Below are positions 38,112 to 47,223 of a stretch of DNA of 64,000 nucleotides, in pieces. The DNA comes from an uncultured Bacteriovoracaceae bacterium (GTDB lineage Bacteria; Bdellovibrionota; Bacteriovoracia; Bacteriovoracales; Bacteriovoracaceae). Positions within the stretch are counted from its first letter, which is position 1. Each line of letters starts with the position of its first letter. Under the pieces are notes generated by a model that was given only the letters and a program-made list of their open reading frames with translations, made no database searches and was not told where the DNA came from. The stretch lies in assembly GCA_964012805.1 (NCBI GenBank), contig CAXGUD010000001.1, forward strand, positions 160,001-224,000, in the 5' to 3' direction. A program made the translations under genes and the position numbers.

Positions 38112-39842
38112 TTAAAGAGTTTTAAGGAATTCCCTCAAGTCACTCCTTTCCTCACTAGAAAACCTTGGGTCCCCTTCCCTAGTATAAAAAACCTTCGAGT
38201 GCCCTTTTGAACTAAGCCCAGGCCTTTTCGTAGAATAAAAAGCTTCTTTATCTTGATACCAAGAAGCTGGTATCTTATTGCCTACGGGGTACCCGACACA
38301 GTCTTTGTCATAATCAGTTTCTTCGTTCAAAGAAGGTCCCTGAATAAAAAACGTAGGCCGCCTATCCTCCCTTTCCATAAGAGCACAAAGGTTTGGAATA
38401 GAATTATTGTGGAAATAAGGGTATCTCAAAAAAAGGCCTTCAAGTGGAGGCGGTACATAACCCTTTTGAGGCTTTAAGAGAGAACCTGTCCTTTTTGAAA
38501 AGCCTAAACGCATAATGTCTGGCGCTAAAAACTTCATCGCCTGCCACCTTTTTTCATCCGTTCCCACATCGATGACCTTTGTTTTTTTAGGATAAAAAAC
38601 GGCTTTTGTTTTAAAAAGATCTTTTAAATTTCCGGTACCAAAAGTTGGATCAGACCAATTTTTTTCGTAACGACCATGACAACCTTGGCAAGATTTTCTA
38701 AAAATTTTTTCTCCCCTTTTCGCCCTAGAAAGATCCAAGCTTTCAGCAGGAAAAAAGTCAGTCCAATGAGGCGCTTTTAAGGAAAAAATAAAAGCTGTTA
38801 AGTTTTGAACAATGCCTTTATTAGCTTTAGTCCAGTCTTCAAGATCTTTTAAATCAGTCCCCCTTCCAATTTCGTTCCATAAAAAATTTGTTAGAATAGG
38901 GTTTCCAGAAACAAGACTTCCATCAGATAACCACCTGGTCTTATACTTTAAATTCCACCAAGGCATGGGTCTTGAACTCGAAGGAAATGATTCAAGAGGA
39001 TGTTTGCGAGGTTTTTTTTCAAAATAACTGCTTTTTGTGGCCAAAGAGTCCGGGTTCCTCCTGGCCAAGCTTAAGGCAACATGGGCCAAAGAAGTATCCA
39101 GTCCCAAAACCTCAGGACTTACCCCACCTACTGCCCTAAGGTTTTCCCTTGCAAGAAAATACATTCTTCTTTCTTCCTCATCTGCTTTAGTGGTCATTTT
39201 GAAAAAGGAAGAATTAACCAGTGGGACGACTTTTTTTGCCATAATAAAAAATTGATTTGCCCTAGACCGCTTATTATTTAAACCAACGACAGTTTTTCCT
39301 AAAAATTGGCCAGAATGACAGCTCACGCACCCAAAAGTAAGGCCCAAAGCACCTTTCCTTTGAATAAAAGAAACCCCACTTGGTTTTTTTTCATAATGCT
39401 TAACCAATGGCCCCCTTAAAAAGAGTAGTTTTTCATTGAGGCCTTTTGAATAAGGTAATAGACCCATCCAGTCAAAAAGCTCATTAGTATTTTTAAAGGG
39501 TACGACTGTTTTAGAAAGACGAGAAGCCCATCTCCTTAGTGGATTGCCATAGTCTTCGTTTAAAAATTGGGAGAAAGGCCTATAGGGTATGAGTAGGCCT
39601 GTTACGTCGACTGGCCAACGATAAGCATGCTCTCTCCCATTTTTTATGGCCTCAGAAAAATCATGCTCAGAGAAAGCATAGATATTTTCTCTCGGAGAAC
39701 CAAATGGAAGCTCAGCGTCTTCAGACCAGTCCACTTCCTGAAAAGCATAAGTTGAAAATAAAGGACAACACGCTAAAAAACTTAATAAAAATCCAAAAAT
39801 AATTGACCGGTGAGTTAATTTAACATTAATTGAGGCAATCAA
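38112..39842 (-). CDS. Secreted diheme c-type cytochrome, RoxA/RoxB (rubber oxygenase)-like fold
   Basis: CVSCH and CQGCH; PWWNLKYK, VGTD, YVPPPLEG, PYFHNNSIP, GLSSKGH. Confidence 0.75.
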   Translation of the reverse strand: MIASINVKLTHRSIIFGFLLSFLACCPLFSTYAFQEVDWSEDAELPFGSPRENIYAFSEHDFSEAIKNGREHAYRWPVDVTGLLIPYRPFSQFLNEDYGNPLRRWASRLSKTVVPFKNTNELFDWMGLLPYSKGLNEKLLFLRGPLVKHYEKKPSGVSFIQRKGALGLTFGCVSCHSGQFLGKTVVGLNNKRSRANQFFIMAKKVVPLVNSSFFKMTTKADEEERRMYFLARENLRAVGGVSPEVLGLDTSLAHVALSLARRNPDSLATKSSYFEKKPRKHPLESFPSSSRPMPWWNLKYKTRWLSDGSLVSGNPILTNFLWNEIGRGTDLKDLEDWTKANKGIVQNLTAFIFSLKAPHWTDFFPAESLDLSRAKRGEKIFRKSCQGCHGRYEKNWSDPTFGTGNLKDLFKTKAVFYPKKTKVIDVGTDEKRWQAMKFLAPDIMRLGFSKRTGSLLKPQKGYVPPPLEGLFLRYPYFHNNSIPNLCALMEREDRRPTFFIQGPSLNEETDYDKDCVGYPVGNKIPASWYQDKEAFYSTKRPGLSSKGHSKVFYTREGDPRFSSEERSDLREFLKTL

Positions 39843-39956
39843 GTTTCGCTCCTCTCCATGAACAGAAGAGTAAACGCACCCTCCTGATCTGGGGAAATAG
39901 CATCCACTTGGGAAAAAGACTAGTTAAAATTTCGGCTTTCTAAAAGGAGGCCATAC

Positions 39957-40280
39957 CTACTCTAAAAATTGAGTCATAATACTAATAGACTTTAAAAAGA
40001 ACTTTTCTTTTATAATACCTTTTGCAACTATACCTTTTTCTTCAGCTTTGGAAATGATTTCATTCAAGTCTGGTCTTAAGTTTTCAATTTCTTTCTTGGA
40101 GTCTGAAAAGCTCACCTCGCCACTTTCTTTTTTAGTACAAATGGAAGACACTTTTTCAGCAAAAGGAGAAATCTCTTTTTCAAAATAATCTTTAGAAGCT
40201 CCCCAGTGAGTCCCAAGATCTACTTCCAACTCATGAAGGATAACATCTAAAATTTCTTCCATTTCCATTTTCAACTTCAC
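39957..40280 (-). CDS. Hypothetical protein
   Basis: 107-aa helical acidic ORF. Confidence 0.55.
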   Translation of the reverse strand: MKLKMEMEEILDVILHELEVDLGTHWGASKDYFEKEISPFAEKVSSICTKKESGEVSFSDSKKEIENLRPDLNEIISKAEEKGIVAKGIIKEKFFLKSISIMTQFLE

Positions 40281-40505
40281 CTTTTGATTAATGTTTACTC
40301 AATGAAATCTTTTAACTATGTCATTAAAGCATATATCACTAAAACAAACAATATCTGCCTCACAGGTGACAAAACTACAAATTATTGGACCTTAACTAAA
40401 AAATGATCCTAAAATTATTTAAAAAAATTAAGGTAATTGCCTTTTTCCTAATTATTAAAAAAAGAATATCATTTAATCAAAGCTTTTTTTAAAAGGTAAG
40501 AAATC

Positions 40506-40856
40506 GTGGCAAAAAAAACCATTCTACTTGAAGCAGGGACATTTTTAATGAGGGAAGGAGAAGAGAGTTCTACCATGTACCTCTTAATTAAAGGGCAATT
40601 GGAAGTTTTAAAAAGAAAAGGGGATACAGAAAAGCCTATTGGCAAAATTAACGAAGGCGACTTAGTAGGTGAAATGTCTTTTCTAGATAATTCTCCTAGA
40701 AGCGCCTCCGTGAGAGCTTCGGAAAACTCAGAAATATTTCCCATTCCAAGAGAAAGCTTTGATGAAACTTTTCTAGAGCTACCAGACTGGTACAAAACAC
40801 TTCACCGGACAATTGTGGACCGGCTTCGAAAAACAACCTCAAGAATAAAACAATAA
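40506..40856 (+). CDS. Stand-alone cyclic nucleotide-binding domain protein
   Basis: EGE, GEMSFLDNSPRSASV. Confidence 0.9.
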   Translation: MAKKTILLEAGTFLMREGEESSTMYLLIKGQLEVLKRKGDTEKPIGKINEGDLVGEMSFLDNSPRSASVRASENSEIFPIPRESFDETFLELPDWYKTLHRTIVDRLRKTTSRIKQ

Positions 40857-40897
40857 CAAAATCAGGATTTTTAAAACTCAGCCAAGGAAGCAATGCA

Positions 40898-41251
40898 TTG
40901 AAAAAATTCACACAAAAAAATCTTAAAGCTGGAGAAACCCTCATTAAAGAGGGAAATGAAGATAATAACCTCTATATATTATTAAAGGGCTGCTTAAAAG
41001 TTACCAAAGTTCGAGAAAATAAAAAATATGAGGTAGCTACAATTTCAGCTGGAAAGGTTGTAGGAGAGATGTCTTTTCTTGATAAAAGACCAAGGAGTGC
41101 TGATGTCACTGCCTTTAAGGACTCAACCGTTGCCATAGTTCCTCGAGAGCACTATGAGGAGTTTCTTAAAACTTTACCCGATTGGCTTATTAAACTTCAA
41201 TACACAATCATCTCAAGATTGAGAGACGCCAATAAAAGAATAATTATCTAG
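40898..41251 (+). CDS. Stand-alone cyclic nucleotide-binding domain protein (paralog)
   Basis: GEMSFLDKRPRSADV. Confidence 0.9.
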   Translation: MKKFTQKNLKAGETLIKEGNEDNNLYILLKGCLKVTKVRENKKYEVATISAGKVVGEMSFLDKRPRSADVTAFKDSTVAIVPREHYEEFLKTLPDWLIKLQYTIISRLRDANKRIII

Positions 41252-41254
41252 CCT

Positions 41255-41845
41255 TCATTGAGGAATAACTTCATTAGCTAACTCTTCTTTTTTTGTCTTT
41301 ATTTTATTCTTCTCCAGTATGAGAATTAGGTCTTCAATAATTTTTCTTATGTCATCACCAATTTTGTAATGGAGAACTTTATTTTGAAAGTTCAAACCTT
41401 CAAAAACTTTATAAATATGCTCCTCAAGTAAAAAAGATTTCTCCTTGGTCTCTAACCGCCCAAATTGCTGGTAGTCAGTATCCTCTGGGTGGTGAACCTG
41501 GATAACAACTTCATAGCTATTTATTTTTTCATAAGCTATCTTTTCAAGAACGGCTTGCTCCATCTTTTTATAAAAGGATGAATAGAAATACCCGTTACAG
41601 AGTGGCGACTCACAAATAACAAAGTCCATTGGGCCCTTCTCAAAAATCTCTTCAAGACCCTGCTGCTCCAATGTATTTTGAATATCAAAACCTAACTGTG
41701 TAAAATCATCGCCGCGATAAATTTTATATTTCACAAGCTCAGGCACTATTTCTACCTTAAACTTCAATATTTTCAAAAAGTAGAAAAGGCCAGTTGCCAA
41801 AGTCGACTTTCCTACCCCTGGTGGTCCAACAATTGCTATTTTCAC
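41255..41845 (-). CDS. P-loop NTPase, NadR/AAA_28-like kinase fold
   Basis: IAIVGPPGVGKST, VPELVK, VICESP. Confidence 0.7.
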   Translation of the reverse strand: MKIAIVGPPGVGKSTLATGLFYFLKILKFKVEIVPELVKYKIYRGDDFTQLGFDIQNTLEQQGLEEIFEKGPMDFVICESPLCNGYFYSSFYKKMEQAVLEKIAYEKINSYEVVIQVHHPEDTDYQQFGRLETKEKSFLLEEHIYKVFEGLNFQNKVLHYKIGDDIRKIIEDLILILEKNKIKTKKEELANEVIPQ

Positions 41846-42106
41846 AAAAACTTCCTCCTGTTTTCTTTTATCATGGACTCACACCTCTTTTCATTATTTT
41901 TTCTTAGAATTTTTTTCTTCTTTGCATTATGTTCGACATGACAATTTAAACCACTTTTGAAGGAACTATCGCATTAACTTTACTTTTTTGGAAATTGGCA
42001 AAGCGTAAGAGGCATGCGGTCTACCACAAGGTAGACCTATCTTGGATATGATTAGAAATAGGACTTAATAATTAAGAGGATCAAATAAAGGGTGAAGTTA
42101 CGCCTT

Positions 42107-42631
42107 TTAGAAAAAGTCTTGAGACCAAGGCATTATTGGCTCTTTGCCAAAAGAAATGATGGCAAATACTGGCCCTAGATGACTCTCCATTGGATAGACT
42201 TTCAACTTAATGTCAGAATCAATCTTAAATATTGAAGGTCTTCCAAAGAAAGACATTGGAAATGTAGACTCTATGTCTTTTTTATTGGACTCGTAGTACT
42301 TGGCCTTAATATTCCCCATAATCATATTGAGAAATTCGCCTGAGGCATCCGTCGTCTGATCATCAAACTCTGTAACCTCTTCCCCAAACATAGCAGATAT
42401 ATATTTAAGGTAAGAAGGTTTAGAAAAACAAATTCCAACACTACAATTGACATCTTCAGCACTTAAGTACGTCATAGAAGTCACATCAGTTTGGCCTTGC
42501 CCTCCCCACTCTTCTCCCTCTTTGTAAGTTTCAGAGTCTTTAAGCTCAACCTTGGCGGAACATTGGAAATTAAAAACTTTTTTTACAGTTTCTAGTATGA
42601 CTTCTTGAAAATCTTCTTCTTCCATCCTCAA
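42107..42631 (-). CDS. CheX-like phosphatase
   Basis: DASGEFLNMIMG followed by STFP. Confidence 0.8.
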   Translation of the reverse strand: MRMEEEDFQEVILETVKKVFNFQCSAKVELKDSETYKEGEEWGGQGQTDVTSMTYLSAEDVNCSVGICFSKPSYLKYISAMFGEEVTEFDDQTTDASGEFLNMIMGNIKAKYYESNKKDIESTFPMSFFGRPSIFKIDSDIKLKVYPMESHLGPVFAIISFGKEPIMPWSQDFF

Positions 42632-42722
42632 TTTCCTTGGTCTTATTACATTGGCCTTAATTAATAGTAATGGCCTTTTTCTTTTTTTTCCACCCCTAAG
42701 GATTGATCATTTTATAACCACT

Positions 42723-42749
42723 TAATCGGAAGATAAATTTCAAGATTTA
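42723..42749 (-). promoter_or_regulatory. Putative sigma28 (FliA) promoter for the CheX-like gene
   Basis: Minus strand TAAA-N15-TCCGATTA versus consensus TAAA-N15-GCCGATAA. Confidence 0.55.
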
Positions 42750-42790
42750 GAAAAAACTTAAAATGTTTCAGTGTTTCCCGTGCGCTTCAA

Positions 42791-43435
42791 TCAGCTATAA
42801 CTCACTTCACTAAAATTAATGCCTTGATTTCTAACGCCACTCACCAGACAATAACAAAGATTTTTTATACGCTTTAGGCTATCTTCCTTGTTGATCGCAC
42901 TTCCTTCAGAAACTTTTGCATAATTCGTCTGGAGTACAACAAACTCCCAGACAATATTATTAAATAGGGTCCTCATAATCCACTCTCTCTTCCACTCTTC
43001 AACTTCAAAACCCAGATCATTATCAACAATTTTCTTAAAGGTTTTTCCACCTGGAGGTCCAATATAGTTTTCTTGATCACCATTTAAATTGGCAGGCAAA
43101 GACACCCCATCGTTAAAGAAGATCTGAAAGGCTGAGTAAAACTCTTCCTTTCTTTCATCTAAAAGTTCAAAAACTTTTAAAGAAAACTCTTCAATGGACC
43201 AGGATTCCCTTTCTTTGTATAAAAGCTCAAGACTGTCAGAAAAGTTTTTAAAATTAAGAAGAAAAATTTCTGCTAACAAGTTCTTTTTACTTTTGAAGTA
43301 GTAATTAATTGATGCTAAATTAACTGAGGCTTTCTTTGCTATTTCACGCACGGAGGTCGACTCGAAACCAACTTCTGAAAAGAGGGCTCTGGAAGCTTCA
43401 ATAATCCTGTTCTTTGCTGTTTCTTTCTTCTCCAA
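42791..43435 (-). CDS. TetR/AcrR family transcriptional regulator
   Basis: ALFSEVGFESTSVREIAKKASVNLASINYYFKSK HTH. Confidence 0.92.
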   Translation of the reverse strand: MEKKETAKNRIIEASRALFSEVGFESTSVREIAKKASVNLASINYYFKSKKNLLAEIFLLNFKNFSDSLELLYKERESWSIEEFSLKVFELLDERKEEFYSAFQIFFNDGVSLPANLNGDQENYIGPPGGKTFKKIVDNDLGFEVEEWKREWIMRTLFNNIVWEFVVLQTNYAKVSEGSAINKEDSLKRIKNLCYCLVSGVRNQGINFSEVSYS

Positions 43436-43783
43436 AGTTTCCTCCTCACAAAAAAACTGGAAATTATTATTATTTTAATACCCAATCTAATAAATTTTAT
43501 TTAATTTGTCGATAAATTCAAATCATTTTAAAAATAAACAAGGGTAATTGACATAAACGGAGTTTATTTTTTTATTAATAAAATGAGTTATTTTTTTGGC
43601 AATAAATAAAATACATTAAAACACAGCTGTTTTTGGCACGTATTTCTTAACATTTCTCAATAAATTCCCAAGAGTTTTAGGATTAGCTAAAATTCGACTA
43701 TAATATTTAGGTGTTCTTTATTGCTTGAATTACTAAGTTTGGACTCCCTTTAAGGAAGTTGGACCTCACTGGCAGACTTTTTA

Positions 43784-44599
43784 ATGATGAACACAATGTT
43801 TAGAAAACTTCATATTTTTATCATTATTTTTACAGGGCATACTGCTGTATTCAGTTTTGGAGAAACTCCTTCTTCACAAGACAATTTAAAAATTGAACTT
43901 CATTCACCAAAAATCAAACAAAAAGAGTTTTTTATTATTGGCCGAATTGAAAAAACATTTGAACACATTCAATGGGAAGATGTCTTAAACAAAGAGGGAA
44001 TTAAAGTACAAAGAAAGAAGATGGATAAAGAATCTATTTTTGCTCTTAAGGCAAGCGGTGTGATAGAGGCTTCGATAGAATCTATCATAACTATTTTTAG
44101 GGACACAAAACAGGCCCACCTGTGGGCCCCTGGGCTGAAACAACGAACACTCTTAAAAAACATCTCCGAACTTGAAGCAGTCGTCTACGACATCCATGAA
44201 ATGCCTTGGCCCTGCCAAGATAGAGACATTGTAATGTTTAATTCCATAAAGCTTTTAACTTCAAGAAAACAAATAGCTCTTATTTCTTCATCCATAGAAA
44301 ACTTCAAACTTGACCCAAAACCAAACAATAAAGTTAGAGCCGAGCTCCATTATAGCTATATCGGACTGACACCCATTTCTAAGGACAAAACACTTATCGA
44401 GTTTTTCATTCACGTAGACCCAAAGGGAAGCCTTCCCAAATGGCTTATTAATCACATTGTTAAAACGAGACCTTATTCTTTTCTTAAAGCAATTGAGAAA
44501 AGTGCTAAAAATACACCTGCGAAATTAGGAAATAGTACTATGAAGTTAGTAGACCGATTAAAGAAAATCCTTTTAATGAAAAAGCTTACTTCTAACTAA
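43784..44599 (+). CDS. Secreted START domain lipid-binding protein
   Basis: GIKV, MPWPCQDRD, VRAE, VDPKGSLPKWLIN. Confidence 0.85.
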   Translation: MMNTMFRKLHIFIIIFTGHTAVFSFGETPSSQDNLKIELHSPKIKQKEFFIIGRIEKTFEHIQWEDVLNKEGIKVQRKKMDKESIFALKASGVIEASIESIITIFRDTKQAHLWAPGLKQRTLLKNISELEAVVYDIHEMPWPCQDRDIVMFNSIKLLTSRKQIALISSSIENFKLDPKPNNKVRAELHYSYIGLTPISKDKTLIEFFIHVDPKGSLPKWLINHIVKTRPYSFLKAIEKSAKNTPAKLGNSTMKLVDRLKKILLMKKLTSN

Positions 44600-44623
44600 A
44601 TTTCAAGATAAGGAAACAATAAA

Positions 44624-45043
44624 TTAAATATCCTTAATAATTTTTTTCAACTCTTTTGAGCAATGGTTACTCCAACCGAAAGGCTTTTTTGGCCCATCAA
44701 ATGGCTGAAACTCTTTACAAATCCACTCCATTAACTCATGACCTATATGAACTTCTTCATTACAGGTAAACTCAGCAACAAGATGAGCTATTGTTAAAGA
44801 AAAATCACCAAGTTTTTTTGTTGATTCCTTAGCCGCATTTCCATGAAAGTCCATCAGCTTACTATATAAAGTACTCCAATCATTTCCATGCCCTTCTAGT
44901 ATCTGATCCCAACCTGGATTGTTTAAGATCTCTAAATCTTGCTCAGTCATATTACTTATGACTTCATGATATCGATGTATAGCAAAACAATTGAGGAATT
45001 CTACCTCTCTCTCTGAAAAGTTTCCTTCTTCCTTTACAGTCAT
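44624..45043 (-). CDS. Hypothetical protein
   Basis: ORF; start uncertain (45043 or 45151). Confidence 0.55.
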   Translation of the reverse strand: MTVKEEGNFSEREVEFLNCFAIHRYHEVISNMTEQDLEILNNPGWDQILEGHGNDWSTLYSKLMDFHGNAAKESTKKLGDFSLTIAHLVAEFTCNEEVHIGHELMEWICKEFQPFDGPKKPFGWSNHCSKELKKIIKDI

Positions 45044-45207
45044 TTCCTTAGACCCTTCCTTAGTTAAACCTTTTTGTCCCTCAATACTCCTGTATTTTAA
45101 GCGTAGTCCTAAACAATATAAATGGGGAAGAACTTTTTTCTTGGAGATCAAATTTTCTAAAAAGTGTTAAAATGACTAACAGGTAAAACATGAAAGGAGC
45201 AACCCCT

Positions 45208-45738
45208 ATGGTCCTACCAAAATTTCTTCAAGATAATAATTCAGCCCAAAAGAAAGGCGAAGAGAATAAAAAGCAAGAGTTTAGGGACAAATGCCTAGTT
45301 TTATTGGCCAAGATTAAAGAAAAAAATGAAAAAAGATATCACGAACTTCAGAAAGTTTTTCATAAAAAGTTTGATAAAATTAATATACAAAAGAAATTTA
45401 TTCTTGGTTTTTACGCTCAACTAAAAAAAGAGTTTAGCGATTTAATTGTAAGTAGTTCAGAGAAAATAACTAAGAAAAAAACTAAAGCTGCATCAAAAAA
45501 GAAAGTCACGAAGAAAAAGGTCGTAAAAAAAGCCGCTTCCAAAACCACTAAAAAGAAAACAACAAAAAAGAAAGTAGTGAAAAAAGAAGCAAAGAAGACA
45601 ACCAAGAAAAAGAAAAAGGTTGCTAAAAAAACGACTGCTAAAAAAGCGACAGCTAAGAAAGTAACTACTAAGAAAAAGACCACTAAGACATCAGCTTCAA
45701 AGAAAAAAACATCAACAAAAAAGAAAGCTAAACGTTAA
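45208..45738 (+). CDS. Lys/Ala/Thr-rich histone H1-like protein with N-terminal helical domain
   Basis: C-terminal half built of KK(K)xxKK units; AAGGAG RBS before ATG 45208. Confidence 0.75.
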   Translation: MVLPKFLQDNNSAQKKGEENKKQEFRDKCLVLLAKIKEKNEKRYHELQKVFHKKFDKINIQKKFILGFYAQLKKEFSDLIVSSSEKITKKKTKAASKKKVTKKKVVKKAASKTTKKKTTKKKVVKKEAKKTTKKKKKVAKKTTAKKATAKKVTTKKKTTKTSASKKKTSTKKKAKR

Positions 45739-45755
45739 CTTCATAGAAAAGAATA

Positions 45756-46520
45756 CTATCGAATACCTTTTTCTTTGCAGACCAAATCATAAGCATTCTG
45801 AATTTCGGAAAACTTCTTATTAGCAGTCTTTATCAGCTCTGGTGATAAACCTCTTGAAACCACACGGTCAGGATGATGCTCCATCGCCAATTTTCTGTAT
45901 GTTTTCTTTATCTCATCTTTAGAGGTCATGGGATCCACCCCTAAAATGTCGTAAGCTCTTTGAATTTTATCTGCTTCACTATAAAAGGGTGCAAATGCCC
46001 TTCTTAAATGTTCTGGGGAAAAACCAAAAATAGTGCTTATATTTTCTATAAGCCTCTTTTCTTCTGGGTGAAAATAACTATCTGCATTAGCCAACAAGAC
46101 CATTTGTCCCAATAAGTTTTCTAGAATTTCATGACGGTTCCGAAATATCTCAAAGAATTGTTCAGCATAAACTCTATAACTTTTTGAGTCATCTTTTGAA
46201 GCTCGAAATAGCTTTATGGCAAAAGAGCGCTCAGTAGGCGGCAACTCTAGAACTTCATCCATCAAGTGTTCAATCTGAGATATTTCTTTTTCACAAATTC
46301 TTCCGTCTGCACGGGCCAGCTTTCCAAGAATTGTGAAAGTACAGACAAAAAAATACTGCTGCTCTAACTCATGTGCTTTTGGTTCCATTGTCGGTTGGGG
46401 ACGACCATGCCCCCTTCTATTTTGTTCTTCAAAAAAGTCTCCAAGTGCCACCCCGGCAATGGCACCTAAAGGCCCTAATAAAACAAAACCAATTGTTCCA
46501 CCTAGAAGTTTTCCAATCAT
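45756..46520 (-). CDS. djlA: Co-chaperone DjlA (TM + TerB-like + J domain)
   Basis: GKLLGG..G…[24 protein letters not shown]. Confidence 0.9.
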   Translation of the reverse strand: MIGKLLGGTIGFVLLGPLGAIAGVALGDFFEEQNRRGHGRPQPTMEPKAHELEQQYFFVCTFTILGKLARADGRICEKEISQIEHLMDEVLELPPTERSFAIKLFRASKDDSKSYRVYAEQFFEIFRNRHEILENLLGQMVLLANADSYFHPEEKRLIENISTIFGFSPEHLRRAFAPFYSEADKIQRAYDILGVDPMTSKDEIKKTYRKLAMEHHPDRVVSRGLSPELIKTANKKFSEIQNAYDLVCKEKGIR

Positions 46521-46549
46521 AATCAATTCCCTAAAGCTAACTCATTTCT

Positions 46550-47188
46550 TCAAAAACTCCTACCAGAAGAAAGAGTATACATTAAATAGAAACCCAAAGA
46601 TAAAATAACAACTCCACACAGTCGATTCAATTGGAATAGTTTTTTATGACCTAACTTTGACTCAATCCTATCTACAATTTGAATTAAACACAAAAACCAT
46701 AAAAACACTCCAACTCCTGTGCCGGCGGAAAAAAAGGCTCCCCCAGCACCTTTCATAGAAAAAAAATCAAGTGATTTTATAAAGGCAACGAGCCCTGTCA
46801 GAGTAATTAAAACCGATGGATTAGATAAATAAATGATAACTCCCAATAGAAACTTATTTTTGATGACCTTTGAATCTTTATTTAGACTTATTGAGGAGGA
46901 AAAAGTGCTCAAGTTTTTAAAAGTCTCTTTGAAACCCAAAATGATAAGAATCAAAACTCCCGTCCAATGAAAGGCTTTAACAAAATAATCTGGAATATTG
47001 AAAAAGCTTAGGCCAGAGAGAATAAAAAAAACAGTGATCCCATCCATTATGGCCCCAGCAAACCCTATAGATGACGCTGCACCTCTACCATGGGTTATTT
47101 TGGTTTTCATTACCCAAACGTTAATTGGCCCGATAGGTATCCCCATTAAAAAGCCAACAACAATTCCAACAAGAAGCGGTATGATCAT
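46550..47188 (-). CDS. LysE family transporter
   Basis: IPIGPIN, SNP, W motif; about 6 TM. Confidence 0.85.
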   Translation of the reverse strand: MIIPLLVGIVVGFLMGIPIGPINVWVMKTKITHGRGAASSIGFAGAIMDGITVFFILSGLSFFNIPDYFVKAFHWTGVLILIILGFKETFKNLSTFSSSISLNKDSKVIKNKFLLGVIIYLSNPSVLITLTGLVAFIKSLDFFSMKGAGGAFFSAGTGVGVFLWFLCLIQIVDRIESKLGHKKLFQLNRLCGVVILSLGFYLMYTLSSGRSF

Positions 47189-47223
47189 AAATCCCTAATT
47201 TTTTTTAATTTAAATAAAAGGAA

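Noticed and set aside
40469..40944. Minus-strand ORFs over the cNMP-binding genes
   Set aside because: Shadow ORFs of well-supported plus-strand genes; the same applies to most of the other short nested ORFs in the track
45417..45683. Antisense Phe/Leu/Val-rich ORF resembling a membrane protein
   Set aside because: Mirror of the Lys-rich codons of the H1-like gene
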